64,000 nt of DNA from Stegostoma tigrinum (taxonomy: Eukaryota). Below, piece by piece: positions 50,405-62,309 of the stretch; the stretch's first letter is position 1; every line of letters begins with the position of its first letter. Below the pieces are notes generated by a model. It was not told the DNA's origin and searched no databases. It was given only the letters and a program-made list of their open reading frames with translations. The stretch spans positions 14,880,001 to 14,944,000 of the forward strand of contig NC_081390.1 of assembly GCF_030684315.1 (NCBI RefSeq), given 5' to 3'. A program made the translations under genes and the position numbers.

Positions 50405-50850
50405 AATGAGCTGTTATTCCTGCAAGGTAAGAAAACTCTTAAGTGTTATTGGAGCTGTAGTCATTCGGATGGTTATTGAAGTTTCTGTCACACTCCAGAT
50501 ATGAATCTTCTAAATCATAAAGAGACTGTAAGTTGCTTTTCACAGAGTAGCCCCTTTCCTGCTGTTGTAGTGGCATGCTGTGGCTGGCCAGTGAATTGTT
50601 AAAATTACTTGCAAACAGACCTGTTGACCAAATTATTTCCTAGATTAGTCGATTTAATATTTTAATGCCTGTTACCAATCAAAGATGGGTTGTCATTGGC
50701 AAAAGTACAAAAGAATGAGCTTGGGTGATCTCAAAGATGTTAATGGTGGGGGACTCACTAATGGACATCCCACTGAAGATCAGAGGAATAATATTGGTCT
50801 TCCCTGGTTGGCGAAGTTAATTGCTTATAATTTCGATGATGCAGATGCAA
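50405..50850 (-). mobile_element. old family-B LINE remnant containing a 124-bp captured duplicate
   Basis: aagtgttattggagctgtagtcatt...cctgctgttgtag, then after 50712 gatgttaatggtgggggactca; colinear with 160-420. Confidence 0.6.
50583..50706 (+). repeat. dispersed 124-bp direct duplicate of 51991-52114
   Basis: gctggccagt...cattggcaaaagt occurs at both places, with 4 substitutions counted by eye. Confidence 0.95.
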
Positions 50851-53800
50851 CTCAGCATATATCAGCCACCTAGACTGGCTTGAGCTGTTTCAGCTTCTGT
50901 CATAATTCTTTCCAGAATGAATGCTGTCACATCAGAGGCAGAGAAAAGATCACTGCATTGGCGGAAGATGGTTCACTCAAGGATGACAAGTGCATTTAAA
51001 AACATCCTGGGACTGAACTGATGAGCATCCCACAATCATAAATATCAGCAGGGTGTCAGTTGTAACTCAATTCATTTTGTAGGGTTTCTTTCCTGCACAC
51101 CATTGATCTTTGGTGTGTAGGTATCCTTGGAATGAGGCATGGTCAAATATTCTCTTTGTGTTGTGAGTATTGTTTCTTTTCCAAGTCTGCACCAAAGCTG
51201 CAATGAGATCTGAAGTTGAATTATTCCAAAGAAGTCAAACAGAATGTCAATGAGCAGATGACTGGTAAAGAGGTACCTCGCAACAAAACTATTGATGACT
51301 GCATCTGTTGCTTTGCTGAGGAATTGGAGGAACCTGGTGGAGCTTTAACTGCTGCTTTAAATTTGCCCTGTGCTTTGGGAATAAGACATACCTGGGTAAT
51401 TTTGCACATAGTTTGGTAAATTGCCAATATAATTGCTGCACTAGAACAGCTGGGCTTGAGGGTAGGGATTTGGCTAGTTCTAGCATGCTGTTTTATACTG
51501 AAAGTTGTTTCTAGGGTCATTGTTACATTCGGTACTCTTGGATGCTTTTTAATGCCATATTGAGTGAACTGAATCGACTGAACACTGGTATCTATGACGT
51601 GGGAACTTTGGAAGGAGGACAAGTATATGCATTATCTACTATGTGACAATTTTGGCTGAAGCCACTGCAAACTCTTGATCTAAATAGCAATAGCAAGAAA
51701 TAATTTATAATTGAAATCAAAATAGTAAGGCTGCCTAGATTTCCTTTGACTCTAATAGTTACTCGATACAGAGCTAGGTAAAGTTACGAATGGCTTATTA
51801 AATATGTCTAACCCTGAATGGACTACTTTTATTTCTATGTCCCTATACCAGGATTGACAGCGCTTGATGCAAAAATGATAGACTGAAATATACTGCACTA
51901 CTTGTCACTAATCTCCTTCATGTTCATGAATACAAAGAAAAAAGATGTAATTGTAGCAAATTATTGTCACATAAATTGCTTGTCAACAGAGCTGGCCAGT
52001 TAATTGTTAAAATTACTTGCAAACAGATCTATTGACCAAATTATTTCCTAGATTAGTCGATTTAATATTTTAATGCCTGTTACCAATCCAAGATGGGTTG
52101 TCATTGGCAAAAGTCCAAATGTGTGAGCTTTCAGTAACTTTTAGTTATCTTCTCTGAATCAATGCCTCAGTGGAAAGCACTTGAAATGACTCTGGAGAAT
52201 GTGTATAGTGTCCCAAAGCTATGTGACTCAAGAATTTCATTATTCCAGTTTTCTTCTCCAATGTTTAAAGAGTAAACAATTATATTCTGAAAAGGCACCC
52301 AGCTGGACTTTGCTCCTCAGCTGATTAGATAGCTCCCTATAACCAAGGGCTGGCTTGGAACTTTCCTTGTCAATGTGGCCCAAAAATAATATTTTTTTAA
52401 GGAACAGTATGTTACCTCAGAAGGCAGCTACCAAATGTGCAGCTCTTTTGGATTGTGAATCTTTACAATGCTGCAGTGCTAACAAGAATTTTGTAGCTTC
52501 CCACCACTAAACGATGGAACACTTACAGACCCTGGATTGATTTTAACATTTCGTGAAAAAAATGCCTTAAAACATAATTTCTGTTTGTCAGTTTCCATAA
52601 ATTACTGGAGCAGATTACAAAGCTACTGATATAATATATTAGTTTGATAGACAGAATTACACCCCCGATGCTTCCTGCTCTCCCCAATGACGCACAGTAA
52701 CCAAGTGTGCTGTGACACTTCCCTTGATTTATTACCAGACAGGGAGGCTGTGTGGGAGACAACATTCATACACAAAGCTGAAACTGGCCCAAGGCCTGGT
52801 GGATAAAGTTGGCCTGTAATTCACTGGAAACGTGTCACTATTAAAATGGAAAGGGTCACTGATAATACTCTTGAATTTATTAGCTCACAGAAAAATAAAG
52901 TTCAATGCAACTTGTTACTTGATTGTCTGACATAATATTGTCAAGGCAAAATGCTCAGCCGACCAAAGATCTACAACATATTTCAAACCAGATGCCGCAG
53001 CTTTTGGCTTGTCACTGCCAGAGCTAAACAATACACCAGAACAGAGAGCTTGCAAACTGTGCAGTAATTAATCCCAGTTTGAGACAAATTCAAAATCAAG
53101 TGAAATTGAGCAATGTACTTCACAAGTGTTCACAATCCAGGCTGTTGGTGTGCAATTTATAAATATGCATGATGGTGTACATTCTTATCTATCGCACTTC
53201 TCATTGAGTTTCATTTAGTTATTCATTCCTTTCATGTGAAGATTAATGGCACATTACTGTCTCAGATGGTTTTCCATGAATAAACCCTGTATTGAAAAAA
53301 TGCTGACAGACCCCAATGTATTGTGCGTTTTACATGCACGTGCAAATGCATATGACACACTTTTCAGGCTTTTGCAAATACCAGCCTGAGATACTTTCAA
53401 CATTCTGCAAGTATTAACTCGCCTTTGGTTGATGACAGGGTTAAAAATTATTCATTAAACTGCCCTGAAGTAGCTTTGTTAACTGGAAAATTGCCTTGCT
53501 GTTCTATTTGGTTTATAGATGTGATCAGAAGTAAATTTTTAACTTAATTAATTGGCTGTTTCTGTTGACAAGAAATTTATGTGGCAATAATTTGCCAGAA
53601 ATAAATGCCATGCATAGGAAATGAGATATCCATCACAGATTTGTGCTCCAGCAGCTGTACTGCCACTAATATGAAAGTATTTCAGCCAGCAATGATCCTG
53701 CTGTTATGCAGTCAGGATTACGTATCCCCACGATCCATTGCTCTCTGGAGTGGCACTTATGGAGGTCGATAATAACAAAGACTTTCTGATTTATTGTTGG

Positions 53801-56307
53801 AAGTCAAAGCAGAGCTCGATGAGATTAAACAATTTAGCAGCAAAAGTGTTTTTGAAGAACTGATTTGTAGTTGCCAGGCCAGGTTAATTTAGTTCCAAAA
53901 GTATTTGAGCAGACTCGGCAGTGGTCTACAATTGCAACATAGTATAACATTTAATGCAGTACCATTGTTAACCTGGTTAACTAGAAGGAGTAGATATGCA
54001 TGTTAATAACAATGCCAATTTCTTGGTGCTCAATTAATGTTTTCTTTAGTGTATTTCTTTTACAACTGATGTTTTAACAGATAAACTGGTTCAAACTGGT
54101 TTTCTTGCTTCTTTGTAATTGGGATATGAAATCATGGGAGAGCTATTTAAGGCTGGGAATTAACTCTTAATGCTGTTCAGATAAGGAAAAGATCAACATT
54201 TGTATACTTCACAACGCTCTGAAGTACAAGAATCACATGGGTCTGCAAAAAGGCTTTGAGGGATATTTTTCTGGTGATTTTATTTTTGAACAGTCACAAA
54301 TGCTCCTCAAAGAAACACTACACTTGGAGAGTTTGAACTTCTTCTGTGAAGAGACCTTTTTGGAAAAAAAAATGCAACAGATGTTTTATGATGAAAAGTG
54401 AGTTGAATAGCCTGGGAAAACAGAGCTCAGCAGGCCTGTATAGATATCTTCCCACATGTGGACTCAGCTGACATTGTATAGGTGTTTTTCTTGCTTCCTA
54501 TGATTTATTAAACTACCCTTTACACTTCACAGTGACAGCTGGTCCTGTAACACAAGACTTGCTTGTTTGAGATCTTTCAGTTTAAACCAGAAATTGAGAT
54601 TAGCCTCTGGCAGTGTAGTGCTATAAAGCACTCAGTGAGTATTTACATATACAGCTATAAATGAGCAAAATGCACAATCTCAGCTGCAGCTGCTGGGTCA
54701 GCTAAGTGTATGGAATCCAGCTTTAAGGACTCAATTGAGTCTGGGGTGTGTTATGAAGCATTAACTGGATGTTGTGTGCAATCTTCTCACCACTAAAGCT
54801 TCATCTGAACAGCGCATTGTCACTAGTTTTCAGCATTGTAGAAATTGAATCAATTTCAACATGTGATCAACTTTTGTATGACCGTTTATGGAGCGCAAGT
54901 ATAGGCAAGCAGAGTGGATAAATCATTGAAAAGTTCCTGCTCTAAATTACAGTTAAGTAAAAGCATCTTACTAACATCTTTCTGTATAGCAAAAGGCAGC
55001 TATTTTATTAATTAACTTGGGACATCATATAATCATGCAACAATAATGAAACTGTGGAGTGGAAAGTCTGTTCGAAGGTACCCAGGGTCTTTTGAAGAGA
55101 AATCGTTTGGTTTCATTTGTGTATTTCCTTTAAACCCCATATTCTTCCCTACCTCTGTTAGAATCACATACCATGCATGCCCCTCAGTGGTCAGTCTACT
55201 AAGAAATCAGCTCACATTTAGACCCCTGTTTAATTATCATAGGTGTTAACTGTTAAAATAGTCAGCTTTATCTTTGAACAAGATTAAAGTTCAGTTTATT
55301 ACTCAGCTATTGCTGTAAGTTAGATAAGACAACAAGTAATTAAGTTATTAACAAAAGTAGAGGTTTAAAAATTTAAAGTAAGGTTAAAACTTACACATAA
55401 AGATTTTTAAAAAGTCTGTGTTATTATTGCAGGTTCGATTTTGTTCTCTTTCTGAAGTCAAGGTGTTGAATACTTCAACGACTGTAAAGTTGAATAGTTG
55501 GACATTGCTCCAACAGGTGGACTGTGCAAAACTGATGGTTGGAGTGAGCAAAAGCCTTCCTATTTTGTTTTGATGGCACTACAGGTTGTGGTTTTTGGTA
55601 GCCTGCTTCTCAGTGCAGTAGTCTTAAATAACTTCCTCTATGTCTCTGTTGAGAAATATTTGCTGTATCAAGATGCCTGTCTCTGTTGCATAGACTTTTT
55701 TTCCCTCAAAATGGCTGTTTCCAGACAATTTTGCCACAATCAAACAAAATGGCTGAAAATATTCATCTTGATGAGTCATTGTTCCACAAAATCAATTATG
55801 CTGGAATTTCTTGTGCTGTCCCTCCCATTTCCCATTCATCATGATAGAGGCTTTTGTGACCTCATGCTTTTGAGTTTGCACACTTTTTGGGTTTCAGTAG
55901 TCAGTTCTGGAACCCTTGAAATATATAATGACCTTTCAGGATTGCTTCTTAAGATACTATTGTCTGCCTGCTTTTGGCTGTCGTGGAATCCTTAAGAGAA
56001 GTCTTTTGGCTTTTGGACAGCCATTTTGTAAGCCCCTTGTGTCAATTTTGAAAAGAGATTGGCTTTCATTACAAAATTTGTAGACTGTGACTACACATGT
56101 GCCTTTCCTGTTTGCAACAACGTGTTGGGGTTATCTGTGAATGCTCCATTGTCCCAATATCTTGCTGTTTGAAGGGCATCAATTTTTTTCCCTTTTGTCT
56201 GCCTAATTGTTTAATTATGTTACAGTAACTGTAAGAATGCTTCCTGCATGTTTTGTAATATTTACAATTCCTTCTTTGCCAAGGCCTCAAAACTGTGTAA
56301 CTCCCTA

Positions 56308-56321
56308 TCTCTCTCTTTCCT

Positions 56322-56354
<33 letters not shown>
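56308..56354. repeat. (TC)n microsatellite
   Basis: Direct reading. Confidence 0.9.
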
Positions 56355-56355
<1 letters not shown>

Positions 56356-56481
56356 GTTCTCATATTCAGGTATTACATGATCTTTACTTCCCAAAAAAGC
56401 CTTTTACCCATTGCAAACTTTGTCGTAAGCTGCAATATAAACCTTGTCCCTGTCATAAACTTGACTTTTTTTTAATGTCAG

Positions 56482-56892
56482 TCATGGCTCAGCAGGGCAC
56501 TCTTGCTTCAGAGTCAGAAGATTTATAGATTCAAATACTGCAGCAGAAGCCTGAGCACATGGTCTGGGCTGATCCTTCAGTGCAATACATAGGGAATGTT
56601 GCATTGCCAGAAACACAGGTCTGTCTGCTGCAGTGTTGTACCAAAACTCCATCCCCCATCTCAAATTGGCACAAAAAAATCCCGCAACATTTTTCAAGCA
56701 AGACTGGGAGATTTCCTCTGGTATAATTATGAATATTGCTAAGACAGGTTTCCTGTTCACTTCACTCATTGCTATTTCTGAGCCCATGAACGATACCACC
56801 CTGACTGCCACATTATTTCCTGTAGTACAGTAGTGATCCAATACAAAAGTACTAAACTGACTATAAAAACCCTTGTGATGCAAACGCTTTGG
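56482..56892 (+). mobile_element. Deu-domain (SacSINE1/AmnSINE-like) SINE, degraded
   Basis: Head tggctcagcagggcactcttgcttcagagtcagaag; body aatcccgcaacattttt...cattgctatt...ctgactgccacatt...caaaagtact. Confidence 0.6.
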
Positions 56893-56953
56893 GCATTGAG
56901 TACAAAAAGGAGGTGGTTTTGGCAAACCTATTATTAGCTAAGGTTTGCTTAGA

Positions 56954-57590
56954 CAAACAACTGCACCTCCCAGTCGCAAACCATTTCCACTCCCCCTCCC
57001 ATTCTCTTGATGACATGTCCATCATGGGCCTCCTGCACTGCCACAATGATGCCACCCGAAGGTTGCAGGAACAGCAACTCATATTCCGCCTGGGAACCCT
57101 GCAGCCATATGGTATCAATGTGGACTTCACCAGTTTCAAAATCTCCCCTTCCCCCACTGCATCCCTAAACCAGCCCAGTTCATCCCCTCCCCCCACTGCA
57201 CCACACAACCAGCCCAGCTCTTCCCCCCCACCCACTGCATCCCAAAACCAGTCCAACCTGTCTCTGCCTCCCTAACCGGTTCTTCCTCTCACCCATCCCT
57301 TCCTCCCACCCCAAGCCGCACCCCCAGCTACCTACTAACCTCATCCCACCTCCTTGACCTGCCCGTCTTCCCTGGACTGACCTATCCCCTCCCTACCTCC
57401 CCACCTATACTCTCTCCACCTATCTTCTTTACTCTCCATCTTCGGTCCGCCTCCCCCTCTCTCCCTATTTATTCCAGTTCCCTCTCCCCATCCCCCTCTC
57501 TGATGAAGGGTCTAGGCCCGAAACGTCAGCTTTTGTGCTCCTGAGATGCTGCTTGGCCTGCTGTGTTCATCCAGCCTCACATTTTATTAT
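56954..57590 (+). mobile_element. young 5'-truncated Neptune-type PLE 3' end, family 1
   Basis: KQLHLPVANHFHSPSH...LSLPP is identical in translation to the end of the 35778 ORF; flanking repeat tattattagctaa at 56929-56941 and 57585-57597. Confidence 0.95.
57498..57529 (+). ncRNA. minimal hammerhead ribozyme motif, intact
   Basis: ct-CTGATGA-a-GGGTC-ta-GGCCC-GAAAC-GTC-ag. Confidence 0.8.
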
Positions 57591-58327
57591 TAGCTAACCC
57601 TGGCGTCTACTCAGGGTTGCAAGTTTGTGCTACGGATCTAATGTGACCAAACCTGTGACCTGGAGTTCGTGGTGTTCCTGCGGCAGAATGTCATATGAGA
57701 TGGTGGGTCCTGGAGTGTAGGACATGCTTCTTTCCCTTCTCTGCTGCCTCTCGGGTTCATCGTCAAGTCATTGTGCCTCAACTTGTAATGTAGCTTGAGG
57801 GACAGGTTGTTGTCATTCCGAATCATCGGTAGCGGGTTCCTCCCGGCCATAATGTTGATGCTGCCATACTTCAAAGACAGCTCAGTTATTGTCTCTGAAG
57901 TGTTTTCTTTGTCGTCTCCTTTGTTCTGTCTTTGGGAAAACCCAGCCTGATTGGGAGGATGGTTTTGGCCACCCAAACAGGGTGTCTATTCTATCAAGGT
58001 TGATTTTTACAGATGTTTTGTTGGAATGTACTTAAAACTAGCTTCAAGAAAGACACTTGCATTTGTTTGATATTCCCACCCCTGGCATTGAAACCAGAGG
58101 ATGAGGAGAGGCATTGCTGATGGAATACCTGTAATGCTCCTATATGTCATGCACATATAAACAAGGTCTAGTACAGTATAAGACTGTGACAAGAACAGCC
58201 TTTATTATCTTGAGGTCTCAGTCATCTACACTTAATTCTATACTTTGTAGAAAGCTGAGTTGCTCTAACTGTTTCATTGTTAGTCATCCTTGTGAATGGT
58301 GGACTTTTGAGATAAGTGGATGTCAAT

Positions 58328-58660
58328 CATAGAATCAGTGCAGATAGAGGCCACTTGACACATTGAATCTGCACAATCCCCTGAAGAGCATCCCACCTAG
58401 ACAGCCCCATCCTCTCCCCATAACCCTGCATTTACCATGGCTAATCTACCCAGGCTGCACATCCCTGGACTCTACAGGGCAATTTAACATGGCCACTCCA
58501 CTTAACCTGCACATCTTTGGACTGAGAGAGGAAACTGGAGCACCTAGAGGAAACCCACGCAGACACAGGGAGAACGTGCAACCTCCAGACAGACAGTCAA
58601 CCAAGGGTGGAATCAAACATGGGACCTGGCACTGTGAGGCAGCAGTGCTAATCAAGTGTC
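58328..58660 (-). mobile_element. HE1-like V-SINE
   Basis: Reverse complement of the 23826 type: ctggcactgtgaggcagcagtgctaa, gaggaaacccacgcagacacagggagaacgtgcaa. Confidence 0.88.
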
Positions 58661-58787
58661 AAACATATTCTGTTTTCACTTTTATTGTGTATTACATCTC
58701 ACTGGGGTAGTGCTCTGCAAATTAAACTGTTCCTGGAGTCGTTGCAAAAGTTAATTTAAAAAAATATATAGAATTCCATAATTTGCC

Positions 58788-59490
58788 TGTCATTTAGACC
58801 CAGGTTGACAGAAAACGCAGACTAGGCTTCTGTACTGAACAGAAGTGACTGTTTATTACAAGTTAATAGACTCTAACTACAGGTAAAACATTATGAACTC
58901 TTGACATATAACTGTTCCAGCTAAAACTCTAATACCCTTACATAGACACATATACACACACACACACACTCTCTCTCACTCACGCACACTCTGTCTCTCA
59001 GACCCGCACCCCCAACTGGACACAGAACTAGATTTGCTGAGATAGTTTGTGTGCTTTTCATAATGCTACTTTTGTTTGTCTTCAGGAGGCACAGAGGGAC
59101 TGATTCACATTTACAGAAGTTCTCTGACTTACTAACTAAAAGTCACAGCTTAAAACAACTGTTGACAAAAGAAGAAACTGATTTTCTTCCGCCTTAAAGT
59201 GAGATTTGCTGTAGAGAACAGAGAGAAATCCTAAGTTTTTGGTGTTCCGATTGTTTCTCCCCATCTTGTTCACAGCCCTAAGCTGTTCAACTAACTAAGA
59301 ACCAAGTTGTTGCCAGGCGGAAGGCCTTTATCATTCAATATTGGTCTTTAGTCCACAGACCGATCAACTGTATGTTGCTGGCTGAATCTCATTTGCACAC
59401 ACCTGTGGTTTATGCCTGTGTATACGAGAACTTAGCTTAGAGACTCCCAGTTGAGTTGTTCAAGATGTTCTTTCCATATTGGTGAATAAC
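58788..59490 (-). mobile_element. possible solo LTR with an internal (CA)/(CT) tract
   Basis: Starts TGTCAT, has tttatt (minus-strand polyA signal) at ~58853 and ends near aataaca; no TSD found. Confidence 0.3.
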
Positions 59491-59494
59491 ACTG

Positions 59495-59850
59495 ACATCC
59501 TTGCTGCCATCCTGTGAACAGAGGGTATTTTGTTCATTTAACCTTGCTCCTTTGATGGCCCTAATAGCTTTAAAGATATTTAACAATAATCAGTGTACTA
59601 TTGGATTTCTCGGGTTTTCTCTTCCCACCACATGTATTTCATCTTCTAGATTTACTTTTTAGCATCTGCCTTGAGCTGTTGGAATGTTGGCTTCTTGACT
59701 TGTGGCTTTGGGTTGTTCTACCAGGCAATGAAGGCTACTCATTTTTATTCTAGGAGGCCACTCATTACACTGTAATTTTGATCAAGCCAGTTGTGGTGCT
59801 GACAGTCCTCAAACTTGAAAGACCTGGGCACTGTATCATGTTACAGCTGA
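59495..59850 (-). mobile_element. RTE-like LINE remnant
   Basis: Minus strand cagcaccacaactggcttgatcaaaat = QHHNWLDQN (compare RTE KHQDWFDEN). Confidence 0.4.
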
Positions 59851-60661
59851 CTTTATTTGACTTCTCTGTTGTAGAATTGAGTTACATGAAAGAAAATCAT
59901 CCACACTGGTTTTGAGCAGTTTGAAGACTGTTTTGCAGCTGGGATGCTGAACATCTTTATGTTTTGCAATATCTTGATGTTAGCTTCTGTTCAGTTGATG
60001 AACTATCCAGCAGATTGGAGAATATAGACATTATTTTCAGTTTCCACACAAATGATAAAAATATTCCAGCTGGTACCACAATTTGACCTAGGATGTCTGG
60101 AATTTTAGAGCCCATTTAATTCAAATGAGAATATTCATACAAATTTCGAATTACATAAAAATGCCATCGCCGTCCCAACCGTACTCCCAAGTATATATAA
60201 ATCCTGATGATGCCATAGGTAACTACATTGGAGACAGCAATTGTATCTCAACAGTTGAGAAAATAAAATATATATCCAGCATTTCCAGTTTATGAAAGTC
60301 CTCAATTCCTGAGAAATAGTTTTCTTTTAAGTGAGAAACGTCAATAAGAAAGTTAGATTATTGTTTAAAAGACCAGCAGAAAGTCTGTTTTTCCTTTTTG
60401 ACTTCGAAGTATCACAAGACTTCAATCAATGCATTTGTCAAAATTGGTTTTCTCCTTGAGCAAGTGGGTTCAATGTTTTTCTATCTTTATCACTTCTAGC
60501 TAAAAGATGGAGAAATAATTGGAAAAGGAATATCAGCCAAATTTCAACAACGCCTATCAATTTTCTAAATTTAATGTTTTTTATTTCGTAAGTACTACTT
60601 TCACTCCTGCAGGCTGAGGGTGTTGATTTCCTTGGGATGTCAGTTTCGCAGCTGTTGCACT

Positions 60662-62125
60662 GAGCATAGGAACATAGGAGTTCAGAGCAAGAGTAGGCCC
60701 TTTGTCCCTTCAAGGCTGCTCTGCCATTAATAAACTCATGGATGATCAGTTTCTGGTGTGGTTTTTTCTCTGTCAGTCCCCATCCCTGCCAAAGCCCCAC
60801 CCCAAAATCCTTGATTCTCTTGTCTGTGAAAGATCTATCAAAATTAGCTTTGACTAAATTTGAAGACCCAGCATCTGCTACCTTCTGGAGAAGGGAATTT
60901 CACTTTCTAACAGCCTTCTATGAGAATAAGAATCTCCTTATCTCAGTGTTAAACTATGTCTCTTAGTTTTAGTCTCCCCTGCAAAAGGAAGCATCATCTT
61001 GGTACTCTCCCTACCAGGTCCCCCAAGGTCTGAAATGTTTCGATAAAAGCACCTCTTGTTGTTCTAAATTCTAGGATCTAGCTTCTAAGATCTAGCGGTT
61101 CAACCTCACATTATAAGGTAAGCCCTTCTTCCCAGGACTAAGTGGAGTGAGCTGTCCCTGAACTGTTTCCAAACAATTATACTTGTTTTCAATAAGGACA
61201 CAGTAATCCAGATGTGGTGTTATGGAACAGACCAAACCCCTCAAAATGTAAGATGATAGTCAAACACTAATTTTCCCTTGTTTTAATGGTAAGTGTAATC
61301 TGGCTGCAATTCTTGAAAGGCTTGAAACAAAACACACTTTATTCATGCACTAAATAAAAATACATGAATTAGCTTAACTGTAACTCTATTGAAATACTCA
61401 ACAAAGTTTTATATTTGTGTATATATATATAGCTGTATAATAATATCACGTAAAAACACCTTTGGCAAAGGCAAATTCAGCAAAATAGATTGTCTCGTAT
61501 GCAATTCTAGCAGCAGGAGGAGAATCCCAGCTTTTAGCTATGAGAGAGAGGGGAATAAGAGCGGCCACATTCAACTTCAAGACCCTGAAAGCTAAAAGTA
61601 CAATTTCTGGTGCAAGGGAGCTTGATCCCACCCATTCGGGTTGCTTCGATTGTTCCAACTTTAAAATAAAAACCAAGCTTCACAAACTGTTTATTAGCTT
61701 TGGAGCAGACTGCCTCTGTTTCAAGTTTTAATCATTAAAAAAAATCCGGGACAAAATACACTTCTTAAAGCCATTGTATCATCACAGTAGTATCAATAGT
61801 GCCCTTTATACCTTCCACACAACATTCTTTCCTTTTTCTTCCATTTCCCTTGCTGTAAATGGCAATGTTCCATTTGCCCTCACCAATCACTTGTTTTACC
61901 TGCATCCTAATTTTTTTACATTTCATGTATCAGGACGCTCAGATTTCTCTATACCACTGAGTCTTGCAATCTCACGCCATTTAAATAATACACTGTTTTT
62001 TCCATTTTTCCTGCCAAATTGGATAAATTCATATGTACTCATGTAAACACTCCATCTGTCACTGAACCCCTTTGCAGATTCTCCACCTCTTCTATCTTTC
62101 CTATCTTGGTGCCATCAACAAATTT
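60662..62125 (-). mobile_element. old CR1 3' part (60662-61217 + 61787-62125) split by a solo LTR
   Basis: Tail cataggaacataggag; cagtaatccagatgtgg; RT end gtgccatcaacaaattt (KFVDGT). Confidence 0.75.
61218..61786 (-). mobile_element. solo LTR (TG...CA)
   Basis: Begins TGTTATG and ends ATCACA; 4-bp TSD gtgg/gtag; the host CR1 resumes on both sides; tttatt at ~61338. Confidence 0.7.
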
Positions 62126-62261
62126 CAACGGGTTTATTTGAAATTACAAGTTATAATTTGAAATTCCGAAAGCTTGTGATTTCAAATAAACCTGTTGAAC
62201 TGTAACCTGGTGTTGTGTGACTTTTGACCTTGTGCATCCCAGTCCAACACTGGTACCTCCA
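62126..62261. mobile_element. fold-back mini-PLE, family 3
   Basis: caacgggtttatttgaaattacaag is inverted against cttgtgatttcaaataaacctgttg; tail on the right; perfect TSD catcaacaaattt at 62113-62125 and 62262-62274. Confidence 0.88.
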
Positions 62262-62309
62262 CATCAACAAATTTGGTTACCATAGTTTTGTACTCTTTTC
62301 CAGATCATT

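Noticed and set aside
55498-55995. 165-aa hydrophobic ORF
   Set aside because: It has a TTG start, no recognisable domain and no convincing splice sites; T-rich composition explains it.
57638-57976. 112-aa ORF with LKYGSINI, faintly like an L1/Tx1 endonuclease start
   Set aside because: No downstream QET or GDFN motifs could be recovered, so the match is too weak to call.
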